Source of the DNA: Balanoglossus misakiensis
Lineage: Eukaryota > Animalia > Hemichordata
Reading direction: 5' to 3'
Length of the DNA: 64,000 nt
NCBI GenBank assembly: GCA_040954595.2
Contig: CM082594.2
Span: forward strand, 2,002,247 to 2,066,246
The position numbers and the translations under genes are program-made. The notes below the pieces were generated by a model. The model saw only the letters and a list, made by a program, of their open reading frames with translations. It was not told where the DNA came from and did no database searches. Below, piece by piece: positions 12,502 through 23,450 of this stretch. The first letter of the stretch is position 1, and every line of letters starts with the position of its first letter.

Positions 12502-13234
12502 GGTGGCACTGCATGAAACCGTCGAGACTTTTTCAGAGGCCTATTTCTCATCAAAGACAAAGTTTAAACCCCCATAAACAATATATATTCTGGAAGCTGA
12601 GATTTTGAACTTTTGTTTGAGTTGCAAATATTATTGATCCCCGGAAATGGTGGCGATTTTGGGTGAAAAAACCCATTTTTTGATATTATGTCATGAAATT
12701 TAAAATAGGTAAAAAAGTTGACCATGCATCATGCATCTTAATATGTCATTCGAAACTAAAGTACACATGCAAAAAAACGCTAATTTTGTTTTGCGTTATC
12801 TGCTTCCATTGAGGAGTAACAGCGTTTGAAAGTTAGATTTTCTGAAAATTTGATCAAATTCACGGTGAGTTGTATTGAATCAGAGTTTATTCCCGCCAGG
12901 GACACTTTATCGACAAACAAAACTAGCGTTTTGTTGGATGGGTCATACACAATTCCCTGTCAAAATTTGAGCAAATTCGGCCAATGCAGGGCGAAGCTAT
13001 TTTAGTCCGAAGTTGTCAAAAGCAGCGAAAATGCAAACCGAGAAAAACGGCCATTTGCATTGTTGACACCTATTTGTTAATCTGTGAACTCATTCAGAAA
13101 AGTGCTATTTGGGGGTGATTGTGCACCATTTCCGCCAAGACGTATTAGTCAGGATGTGGGTGAGTATTAGGCCTACCGATTTATGTAAAAAAGTAAAATT
13201 TGGCAAAAATCACAACTTTTCATGCAATGCCACC
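12502..13234. mobile_element. Kolobok-like non-autonomous element (TTAA TSD), copy 2, inverted relative to copy 1
   Basis: TTAA|GGTGGCACTGCATGAAA ... TTTCATGCAATGCCACC|TTAA. The body is the reverse complement of 6490-7213. Confidence 0.88.
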
Positions 13235-14892
13235 TTAATACTCATGATGTGACATGTACCAACATGTACTAATATAGAACGAGGAAATTTGTGCCCAAAG
13301 CTACCCACTTTGCGTTGTCATTCGCCCAAATTCAGACATCAGAACAATGTGTTTGCGGTCAACTCAGTCCAAACATGTCGGAAGTCTAATTCAAAATCCT
13401 GTGCTCGCGAAAACCTGAGAAAGTGTAGGGCGCCACCAAAGGCAGTACTAAGAATATTTGTAATGCAGTTCTAAGTAAGAATTTGCCACGATCCAAAACA
13501 ATAAAAATTCCAAAACAGCCAAAGTAGAAGCAGCAATTCCATGAACAATTTATTTTTTTCTTCCTGGCCTTATTAAGTCTTATTATTTTTTTGTCTTTTT
13601 TCCACATTATCAGTAAAAAAATCTTCATTTCTGAAGTGATAGGCTGACTTTCTTGAAATTTAGTATGAAGCTTCTTACAGGTTGTCTGATTTACCATATT
13701 TTTTTTGTTTAAATTGTTGCAAAACTGCATGTCAGAGTGCTTTGAAGTTTGAAATTTGTTAGGCGTGTTCCTAGAGATAACCCAAAAAAGATGGTGTAAA
13801 ACAATTTGCGATATTTGCATAATTGCAAGATTGGTAAAAAATTTGCAATTTTTGTCAAAAATTGTTTTCTCTGAAACCGCTTGTCACATTGCTATAAACT
13901 ATGGCAGACATGTTCCTTGAGGTGATTGAAGATATTGTACAATTATGGAGATATTTGCACATTTGTGTTTTTTTGCCACTTTTGAACATTCAAAAATTGT
14001 TTTCTGTGAAACTGATTGTTGGATTGCGTTTCATAAATTTCTTTTTGGTTTATATCAAAACTTCTCCAAAACCAATTGTTCAGTTGCTTTGAAAGTTACT
14101 CTTTACAAGGAGTTGGTACCCCCAACTTAGACATGTTTACATAACTTTAATAGGCCAGCTGTTACAGAGACCACCATCTATTAAATATTTTAAGAGTGAA
14201 TGGCACGTCAGTGAACGTCTCTGTCTGTCTGTGTGTCTGCCTGTCTGTTACAGGGCTGACTGAAAGAAGTTGGTCATTATATGTGTTTGTACAGACAATT
14301 TTTGGTCAAAAACAATTTCGCCAATATTTTTCCGGAGTCCACAGCTAGTTCAGAAAATAAAAACTTAATAATGTGTTGTGGAGATGTCAAAGTTTATTCA
14401 AGGCAAACTGATAATGTGGGGCATGCTCCAAAATCTGAACAGACACCGAGCAACTCAGGTTGTGTGTCAAGCTAACTCGTGGAACGTGACTTATATGCTG
14501 CTTATATTCATCATTGGAAACCACAGGCGTCAGAAAAAATGCTTTGTTAGTATTCCGTACTGTAAAGTAGCTAAAATCGAAAAATCAACAGCTCAGATAA
14601 TCTCCCCGTTTCACGTCATACGAGCGCTTACGCTATGTTCAGTCCTTGCCATATACCCTACTAACACATAAAGAGATCTCTTTATGTGATAGTGGGGTAA
14701 TTTCTTGACAGGTCATATTAGTGGCTCGTTATTTATTCATGTTATGTATCTCTTGCTTTTTATTGCTCATCGCTGTTCGTTTTTGCTAATTACTTTCAAA
14801 TTTGTATCTATCAAATTGTCATAGATGGCATGAGTCCGGTGATGGGTGGGAACTGCATGTGGTTATTTTTGGTCGTTATTGCTCCATATTAA

Positions 14893-16394
14893 AGGTACAT
14901 GAGCTGCAACTGGATAAAAAATTCCACAATAAGATGGGGTCATAGCTTAAAGGTACAATTTTATGAGCTGCAACTGGATAAAAAAATTAAAGTTTTAAAT
15001 AATCTCATATATACTTTTAATTATGTCTATTAAATGATATTTCATGATGATATATCAAGCTCAACACTTACCGTATATTCTCACAAATAAGCGCCACTTT
15101 TTAACCATTTCAAATTTTGGTGGCGCCTAAACAAAGGCAGAAATGAGTCTTTCAAGAACCGGTGGCGCTTATTCATGGGTCGCCCTGTATATATATACTG
15201 CACCCTGTTAATTCATATGCAAATGATTTGGGACGTTCCAATGAGTGTTCTCCTAAGGGGGTGTCCGCAGTGACTGAATGGCTGTTTCGAATTCATATGT
15301 AAAGTTTTAACATTTTCTATTCAAATACAGTCAGTTCAATGTATTGTCTAATAAATATTCCAGAAATATAAAGTTGTCAACGAAGTGAATACTACGAGCA
15401 GCATTACAGTATGCTGGCTGAACCATCAACAAAATCTACTGACGTATAGTGGTTTAGTCCAAGTGCGTCTTTGTAATCACATGCTCTCACACATGTAAGG
15501 TCAGGCAAGGTTGCCTGAATACTCACGTTGCGTGAATATTCATGAGAAAATTAATACCGCAAACATTCACAACTTGAAACAAGTCCTATTATTTCAAAGC
15601 CCTGGCCATATGGTCAAACTTGGGTGGTAGTGCCGGTAACGTAAGCGGCTGCCGATCGATCGACAGGAAAAAGACAAGTGTCTAGACGCCCGGCACCTGT
15701 GTCTTTTGCAGTGAATAATTATTTACATAAATCAGGAGGTTGACATGTGCCCGATTTCATCTTGTAAATAAATAGCACATCAGCCCAAAGCATGCATTGT
15801 CTGCTCAGGTCAATTATTATTCACGCAGCAAGCCCCCGTTGATTTTGACAAGATCCCTAAACCCTGGTAGTACTTGCCATGATTCACGTACGTCCACACA
15901 CCTCAAATTAAAAAAAATTCCTGGCGCTTAATTTTAAGTAAAAAGTAGCAAAGTCAGGTATCACTGGCGCCTAATCATGGGTGGCGCTTAATTGCGAGAA
16001 TATACGGTATTTATGGCAAAATGGCCAAAAATTAAAGAAAAACGAAAATTCCTGCAATTGTTAAAAAAAGTGCAATATTACAATGAAAAAGGAAAATATA
16101 ATGTCACAGCAGTGTACATATACTTCCATGAGCTCAAGTGGATGAGATCATGTTTTGTTTATGAAGTTTCACAACCGGAAATGCAACATTTTCATTGCTT
16201 TTTCCCACGGTGACGGCCATATTTGCTTGCGGCAAAGCTTTATTATTTATCTGGTTAAAACTTGCATATGCACTCATATTTAGGGTTTATAATGCTTGTG
16301 TATAGTTCACTGCCTTCATCTGCATGGACTAATGGTAGTGCAGTTTGAAACAAAAATTATGATAATTATCCCAAAAGTTGCAGCTTATGTGCCT
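14893..16394. mobile_element. Kolobok-like TTAA element with a duplicated left end, interrupted by the pogo-like element
   Basis: TTAA|AGGTACATGAGCTGCAAC (repeated at about 14948) ... GTTGCAGCTTATGTGCCT|TTAA. Confidence 0.7.
15071..16007. mobile_element. Tc1/mariner-type (pogo-like) non-autonomous element, copy 2
   Basis: TA|CCGTATATTCTC ... GAGAATATACGG|TA. Reverse complement of 10497-11424. Confidence 0.9.
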
Positions 16395-16680
16395 TTAATC
16401 ATTCTATCTATTTCAAGTTCATTATTGGTCATTACTGTAGGTTCTGCTCATTACACGTTTTAGAAACACCTGTGTTTTGTTGGCATATGATTCAACATTA
16501 CACACAACATGCGTCCCTTTTGTGTAGTAGACAATATTATTGTTTTGGGATGATTTACAACTATATGCACAGATTCAGTGTGTAAGGTTGGCTGATCCAG
16601 AGTTTAAACTCAAAATGGTTCAATTATACCAACAAAAAACCAGGATGTAAAGGTCACACAGGGGTCAAGATTCACCATAC

Positions 16681-16799
16681 CTTTCCACCACGTTTTCAAC
16701 ACTCTGGCTTTTCGGCTGAAAGCGGCCAGTGCCTCATCCATTTGTTCGAATTGTTGGTGGTACTCGTTCTTGTTTTTTTCATGCTGCAGATTATCCCAG
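16681..16799 (-). pseudogene. Orphan exon of an unidentified, probably dead gene
   Basis: TTTCTTTCAG acceptor and AAG|GTATGG donor. The frame is open (WDNLQHEKNKNEYHQQFEQMDEALAAFSRKARVLKTWWK) and phase-compatible with the 3' end of exon 18705-18899. Confidence 0.55.
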
Positions 16800-16835
16800 C
16801 TGAAAGAAACCCAAGACATTACAACATTAGAGATA

Positions 16836-17017
16836 CTGTAAAACATGTTATTTTCGCGAGTTGAAATTTTTCGTGACATCGAAAGAGGCCACTGTTACGC
16901 GAGAGTTAATTTTCGCGTTCTCATGCACATTGTTCTTTCTCAACTATATTTCGCGTATTTTTTGCTCTCCCGTATTTCGCTTAAATTTATTACTCGCGAA
17001 AATAACCTGTTCCACAG
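16836..17017. mobile_element. Short Tc1/mariner-type MITE
   Basis: TA|CTGTAAAACATGTTATTTTCGCG ... CGCGAAAATAACCTGTTCCACAG|TA. Confidence 0.8.
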
Positions 17018-17697
17018 TAGTTGATAGTATGCACAAGACTCATGGGCTCAAACTGACTCATATTTCATCAATTTATGGGTTATTTTCAGTGATTTCCAAA
17101 ATTGCTAGACACGTATGTGCACCCTCTTCAAGAAACTGCCACATTCTTGGTATATACACACAAAAATGAAAGCTAAGACATTATTGAAAAAGACGCAATT
17201 TAAAAGATGGTGGTTTGATCAAAATATGTTGTTTTCAAAAGTCTGGCCAATATACAAACAAACGGGTGGCCCCTGATGAGAAAATGCAATGGACCATATT
17301 GGCCCCTACATGCCAACAACAATTCAAATTCTGGGTCAGCACTACTGTAATATTTGCAGACACCTTTTCAATTTTGGTGGACCCAATTTTCATTTGTATG
17401 GACCCAATTTATACAAAATTTGGCTGAGGCGTTTTGCAGCCAGACCACGTTATTTTTTTTTTCATTTGGGTGCAATTTGACGACCTCATCTGTATTTTCC
17501 TGGGTGATGCAACTCTGTCCACAACTCAGAGCATTTTCACTGCTTTAATACCTTTTTTTTACAATTAGTGACTGTTGACAAAATTACTACCACATAATTA
17601 GACCGTTTGATTTTGGTTGGCACAAAAACTCTAAGACCATGTTCCTTTTGGGTGTACATTATTTTTGAACTGCTTGAGGCTGGGCCGACCAGTCATG

Positions 17698-18385
17698 CAG
17701 GGTTCGACATACACGCTGGCCCACTATCCCGAGTCTAGTAATTTTCTGTAAGGACCAGTAAAATTTTTTGCCAGTAGTCCGGCGGGATAGTGACTTTCAG
17801 ACAAGTAAACACGCTAAACATCATCGTTTGTTTTGCCATGATCAGCGTGAGTGAAAGTGGACCGTTGTTCTGTTAATGATCATCACCCCCCTGTATTTTG
17901 AACATCGTAAGGCAATGCATTGAATTCAGCTCTTCCAGCTAGTGGTCGCACTCGCTTGATTTCCTGTGTGTGTCTCTGGGGACGCAAAGAATGCATATGC
18001 GTCTTTTCCTAATTTGCATATTTTGAATGGGTTATGCTTACAAATTGATACATTTACGCCTGCCTTGACTTGTCAAGTGTACAGGTTGTTATGGAAGTTT
18101 CTTTTTGATAAAGCGATTGCAAAGCCAATGTAGATTCAGCAAAGATAAATTCCCAGCTCTTATTTAGTCTTTTGGCCTGTGACATTTGTACATGTAGCCT
18201 CATTTCCAGCATGCCATATGCATACCTCTCAATACATCCCTTTCCAGATTCCCTTATTGCTACGAAAAATGTGAAAATCATGAGACTTGTTGACAGGACT
18301 AGCAAATATTTCACAGGACCACTGAATTATACATTTTACTGGTCCTGCGGGATAGTGAACATTTTTATACCAGTGTCGAACCCTG
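17698..18385. mobile_element. hAT-like MITE
   Basis: CAGGGTTCGACA ... TGTCGAACCCTG termini with CGGGATAGTG subterminal motifs. GTCATG is duplicated on both sides (GTCATGCA if it overlaps the terminal CA). Confidence 0.82.
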
Positions 18386-18704
18386 GTCATGCAGTACATG
18401 ATGACTACAATACTGTCATGAGATACCACATGTACAATGTGCAAATCTTATGAGTGTGCTCTGATTGAAATGAAAATTGTGTCCTGCAAAATATAATGGG
18501 CCATCGGAAGCAGAAAGAGGTCTGCGATACTTATGACCATAAGACCCTTCTCTGCTTGGGATGGCCCAAATGTGACTGCAATATTAGAGTACATACCACA
18601 TAATCAGACCGCTGAATTTTTGTTGGCAGAAAGGTGCCACTTTAGTATATCATGTACCGGTATATTCAACTTTACAAATATATCCAAGTGTACACCACAC
18701 CTAC

Positions 18705-18899
18705 CTTGTCTCCTGCTGGAGTGTTTCAAACGTTTGCGCCAATTTCGTGAAATCCATCAACATGGCCTCATTCTGTTCAATCTAATTGGATTTTTAATCG
18801 TGCTTGTTGCTTAAGAAGAAGCATTTTACGGCTGCAGAAGATCTCTGTTACTTCTTCTATCGTGAACTTATCTTTGGCGTGTTGACTCTTGTGCAGAAC
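18705..18899 (-). pseudogene. Frameshifted exon of the same unidentified gene as 16681-16799
   Basis: TTTTCCTCAG acceptor and AAG|GTAGGT donor. Reads VLHKSQHAKDKFTIEEVTEIFCSRKMLLLKQQARLKIQLD, then shifts frame to IEQNEAMLMDFTKLAQTFETLQQET. All three uninterrupted frames contain a stop. Confidence 0.5.
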
Positions 18900-18967
18900 C
18901 TGAGGAAAAAAACAAAAATAGTGTAAAATATTGCCTGTAGAAGAGGTATTTCCAGTAGTCTCGTTCC

Positions 18968-19560
18968 TGGCTGTGTCAGCTAAAAGGCAAGGGTCAGGAA
19001 TGGGCTGCCGTCTTGCACAAATTTCTGATCAGCCATGCCCAAGATGACTGCTTCCAACGTTTGCACACAGGTACTGTCAAAGTCAGGTGCACCACACAAG
19101 ATCCATCCATCCATCCATCCTATCCATCCATCCATCCATACATCCATCCATCCTGGCCTGCTCCCCTACCCCATTTCCACTGCTGGCTGTGCCAGCTAAA
19201 AGTCAAAGGTCAGGTACTGGCTGCCGTCTTGCACAAATTTCTGATCAGCCATGCCCAAGATGACTGCTTCCAACGTTTGCACACAGGTACTGTCAAAGTC
19301 AGGTGCACCACACAAGATCCATCCATCCATCCATCCATCCATCCATACATCCATCCATCCTGGCCTGCTCCCCTACCCCATTCCCACTGCTGGCTGTGTC
19401 AGCTAAAAGGCAAGGGTCAGGTACTGGCTGCCGTCTTGCACAAATTTCTGTCCAGCCATGCCCAAGATGACTGCTTCCAACGTTTGCACACAGGTACTGT
19501 CAAAGTCAGGTGCACCACACAAGATCCATCCATCCATCCTATCCATCCATCCATCCATCC
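18968..19560. repeat. Tandem triplication (207-216-bp units), each unit containing an (ATCC)n tract
   Basis: CTTGCACAAATTTCTG at 19012, 19228 and 19435. Confidence 0.92.
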
Positions 19561-19563
19561 ATC

Positions 19564-19662
19564 CATACATACATACATACATACATACATACATACATAC
19601 ATACATACATACATACATACATACATACATACATACATACGTACATACATACATACATACAT
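19564..19662. repeat. (ACAT)n microsatellite; continues at 21370-21468 and 23451-23566
   Basis: Direct reading of the tetranucleotide repeat. Confidence 0.97.
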
Positions 19663-19669
19663 CGGTAAA

Positions 19670-21369
19670 AGCAAGCTTAGGGTACCTATTTTTTAAGGAA
19701 CAGTGTTACCAGCCTACTTCTGCTTAATTTGTGGATATATGTTGGGTATTTTTGCAGTATTTTATCAATTTCAGCATGTTTCAAAACATAGATAACTTTT
19801 GGTTCATTTGACAAAGTCATTTTTATTTATTTAAAAAAAAATGGTCATAATTTTGCTGATTTTCTGCGTTACCGGTGGCCAAATTTAAAAAGGGCCATAA
19901 TGTAAACATTAATTCTGTCTTTGTAACCATTTGGTGGAACAATTTGTAGAGATATTTTATTTCCTACACCTTCATGGAATCTCTTGAGCACTACTGCATC
20001 ATTGATGAGTGTTTTTTGTGACCTGTATTCTGTACTTGTTCATAATAACAGCTGTGTTACCAAATAAGGGTAAAAAATGATGTCATATTTTTACTGGGCT
20101 GTCATTCTGCAACAGAACCCTGTGGTAGTAATGCAACAACATTTTTTAATTATTAGTTTCATACCTTTGTTGTTGCACATGTATATGAGATACAGATACC
20201 CTGTTTAAATTTTTTACTGACATTCAAAAGATCAGCCCTGAGTGTCCGCAACATTGTGTCACGTCCGAGGTATGGGGTCCAGTATTTCAATACTCAGACC
20301 CTTCAAGTCATTCTGCTGTGTGGTGTCACCACTGAAGGAAGATGTACTCAGACCATAGCCCAAAAGGTGAGTGTGCTAATTTCTTTTTGGAAAAATGAAG
20401 AAAATTATGCTTCCGCAACGTCACGTCCGTAGTAGATTTGTGTCACATCCGTAGTAGCCTTTGTGTCACATCCATAGCAGCCTAAATATATTTTGTCCTT
20501 TTACAGATGAAAAACTAAAATAATTGTTTTGCATGACTTAGAGGAATAAAAATAATTCAAATCTCTTTCCTTTCATTTCAGGAAAAGCTGTGATCACGGA
20601 GAAAATGAATAGCCACAGACAACATATCAAATGTGTTTAGCAGAAAATGGTATTGTCAAAAATTGATGACAGACCCATTGCAAAGTGACATCTATGAGTA
20701 CCAGAAAAGGAAAAATGCAGAAAGAAAGAAGTTTATGAAGTTTAATGTTGACAAAATTCATTATGCTACTTGTTTATTCCATCATCTGATGATAATTGTC
20801 ACATCCGTAGTAGGTGTGACCGTGTTGAAATATCTTTAAAAACCAAGTTGTGTTTAATAAACTTCGTCTCAAACTCTTACTTCTGCTGACCTTATGAAGA
20901 CTACTTGTATCTGTACCACATATATAGAATATGGGGCTTTATTATCACATTGTTGTTAAAATATTGAAAGTGTATGACACGTTAACTGACATATATTACA
21001 TTTTCCTGTAGGAGTATTACATTTTCCTGTAGGAGTAAGAATTATGGTTTGTAACCGTTGAAAACTGATTTACATCTTTCACTATGCTTTCTTTTTATCA
21101 AATGTGAAATGAAATGTAAATCTAACTTGTTCTTGTGTTCCTTTGTGAAAGTTTTTCTGTGAAAAAAATGAATGTCACGTCCGTAGTAGGTGTTTTGCAT
21201 ATCATAAAAGGACCGGCCGTATCACAATAATTATCCAGAAAGTTATCTTTTAACATGTGTTTCCATAAACAGTAACAGTCCTACTTTCCTGCCATGACAT
21301 GAAATGAGACAAAATCAGACTTTTATTTTTTGATGAAAGTGTCCACCAAATAGGTACCCTAAGCTTGCT
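19670..21369. mobile_element. Non-autonomous DNA transposon with 22-bp TIRs; superfamily uncertain
   Basis: AGCAAGCTTAGGGTACCTATTT ... AAATAGGTACCCTAAGCTTGCT, with a recurrent internal GTCACRTCCGTAGTAG motif. No clear TSD. Confidence 0.8.
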
Positions 21370-21468
21370 ACATACATACATACATACATACATACATACA
21401 TACACGCAGTACGCACACACGCATGCACGCACGCACATACATACAAACATACATACATACATACATAC

Positions 21469-21729
21469 CAGGGCTTGCGTTTGATATTTAATTTTTTACA
21501 TACAGTGCACGCAAAGAGCCAAAAAAATTTGCGTGAAATTGTATTTGAATTACGTGCAACAAAATAGCGATAGACAAAGCAGGCTTTCAGATAATGAGTT
21601 CTCCCTTCATGTCTAGACGGTCCAACACAAAAAAATTCTTTAAGGAAAATGACCGGGAAGCCCTACTTACTTTTTAGGGCCCAAGCCCAGCAGGCTTGGG
21701 CCCTATTGGTATTACTGGGATTTTTCTTC

Positions 21730-21761
<32 letters not shown>

Positions 21762-23450
21762 CTTGTGTCGTTTTTTTGTCCAGCTAGATCGGGAGAACGG
21801 CTGAACCTACCAATTTCAAACTTAGCACAATGGTGCAGGCCAATGAGAGCTGGTGCAGTACCCTCGTGAATGTTTAATTAGTCACGTGACCTGATGACCA
21901 TATATGGGCAAAATTTTCAAATCGCCCTAATTTGCATATGAATTGAGATATCAAAATTCTGTTCAGATACTTTGTGGACCATATGGCCAGGGTTCTACAT
22001 GCCAAATGTCAAGGCCATAGGCCATGTCAATTTTGAGGAGAAGATTTTTAAGTATTATTTTCCATATTTTTCGCCCAAGCCATCGGCCTATACTTTACAT
22101 TGTAAAGCTATGACCACATATTATTTTGGATAAATATGCATACATATCTCAAAATCTGTTAGGCTGATCATCTCAAACTTTGGTGTGCAGCTAGCCTAGC
22201 ATTTGTCAATCATTTTAAGCGAAAAAAAATAATATGAAAAATCGACCGATTTTTTTATATTAATTTTTTTATTAAATTTATACCTTTACTTATACCTCTA
22301 TGGTTAAGCTATGTCCATGTCTTATTGTGGAATTCTGGTCTGTGCAATAGTCCTGTACAGTGACTGTCTATTGGTCAGTGAGCACAATGGCACCAAAATA
22401 AAAGGCAAAATTTTAGGCTCACCTGTAACACCTGCTTAACTCATTAATTATGTGCATACCTAATTCTGGGCTAACTAAGAGGGCTAGAGGTTTCGTTCTT
22501 GTGGGACATGGACCAGTATAGGGTCAAAATTTCTTGCCCAAATTTTGGGTGACCTCAGGTGACCTTTGACCTACTTTCCTTTATCTCGGCATCCAGAGCA
22601 GGTACAAACTTGGCATTTGGAGGGTTGGGACTAAAATGGAAAAGCCAAAATGGGGGTCACCTGTGACACCTGTATATCTCATTAATTATGTGCATACCTA
22701 ATTCCAGGCTAACCAATAGGGCTATAGGTTTGGTTTTTGTTGAACATGGACCAGTATAGGGTCAAAATTTCATGCCCAAATGTTGCATGACCTCAGTTGA
22801 CCTTTGACGTACTTTACCAGATCTTGGCATCCAGAGCAGGTACAGACTTGGCGTTTGGAGGGTTGGGATTAAAATTGAAAAGCCATAATTGAGGGTCACC
22901 TGTGACACCTGCCTACCTCATTAATTATGTGCATACCTAATTCCAGGCTAACCAATAGGGCTATAGGTTTGGTTTTTGTTGAACATGGACCAGTATAGGG
23001 TAAAAATGTCTTGCCTAAATATAACATGACCTCAGTTGACCTTTGATCTACTTTACCATATCTTGGCATCAAGTGCAGATATGCTTATTGCTATGTTGCT
23101 ATGTGCTATGTTGGCTTGGGCCCGCTATTGCTGCTTGCAGCTATATTTTATATCTAATGGTTTCTGCGTGCATAAATTATAGGGCCGACACGTGCCAAGT
23201 TTGTGGCCTGGGTTACCGCACGTACATCACTGTGCGTCCTGCTACAGCATACAAGCGCGCGTACGCGTACATGTGTACAGGGCGCCCAACCGACCAACCT
23301 TGAAAAGGCACCCCGTATAGCCCATTAGCCTCACCAGATGTTATCTTTCAACTTTTTGCGTGCATGTCACGCAACTGTGACAAAATATTTGCGCGCACAC
23401 ATTGTAGTTTTGCGTGAAAACGCAAGAAATAGACGTGAACGCGAGCCCTG
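21469..23450. mobile_element. hAT-like non-autonomous element inserted in (ACAT)n, with a nested HINE
   Basis: CAGGGCTTGCGTT ... AACGCGAGCCCTG termini. TSD length is ambiguous because the flanks are microsatellite. Confidence 0.75.
21672..23149 (+). mobile_element. Helentron-associated non-autonomous element (HINE/DINE-1-like)
   Basis: 5' T-run, hairpin AGGGCCCAAGCC-CAGCA-GGCTTGGGCCCT, (CTT)n microsatellite, about 239-bp internal tandem units (22420, 22658, 22897), 3' subTIR GGCTTGGGCCC, GCTGCTTGCAGC stem-loop and a T-rich end. Confidence 0.82.

Noticed and set aside
19013-19727. His/Ile/Tyr-rich ORFs (also 21250-21462 and 23338-23664)
   Set aside because: These are translations of (ATCC)n and (ACAT)n microsatellites.
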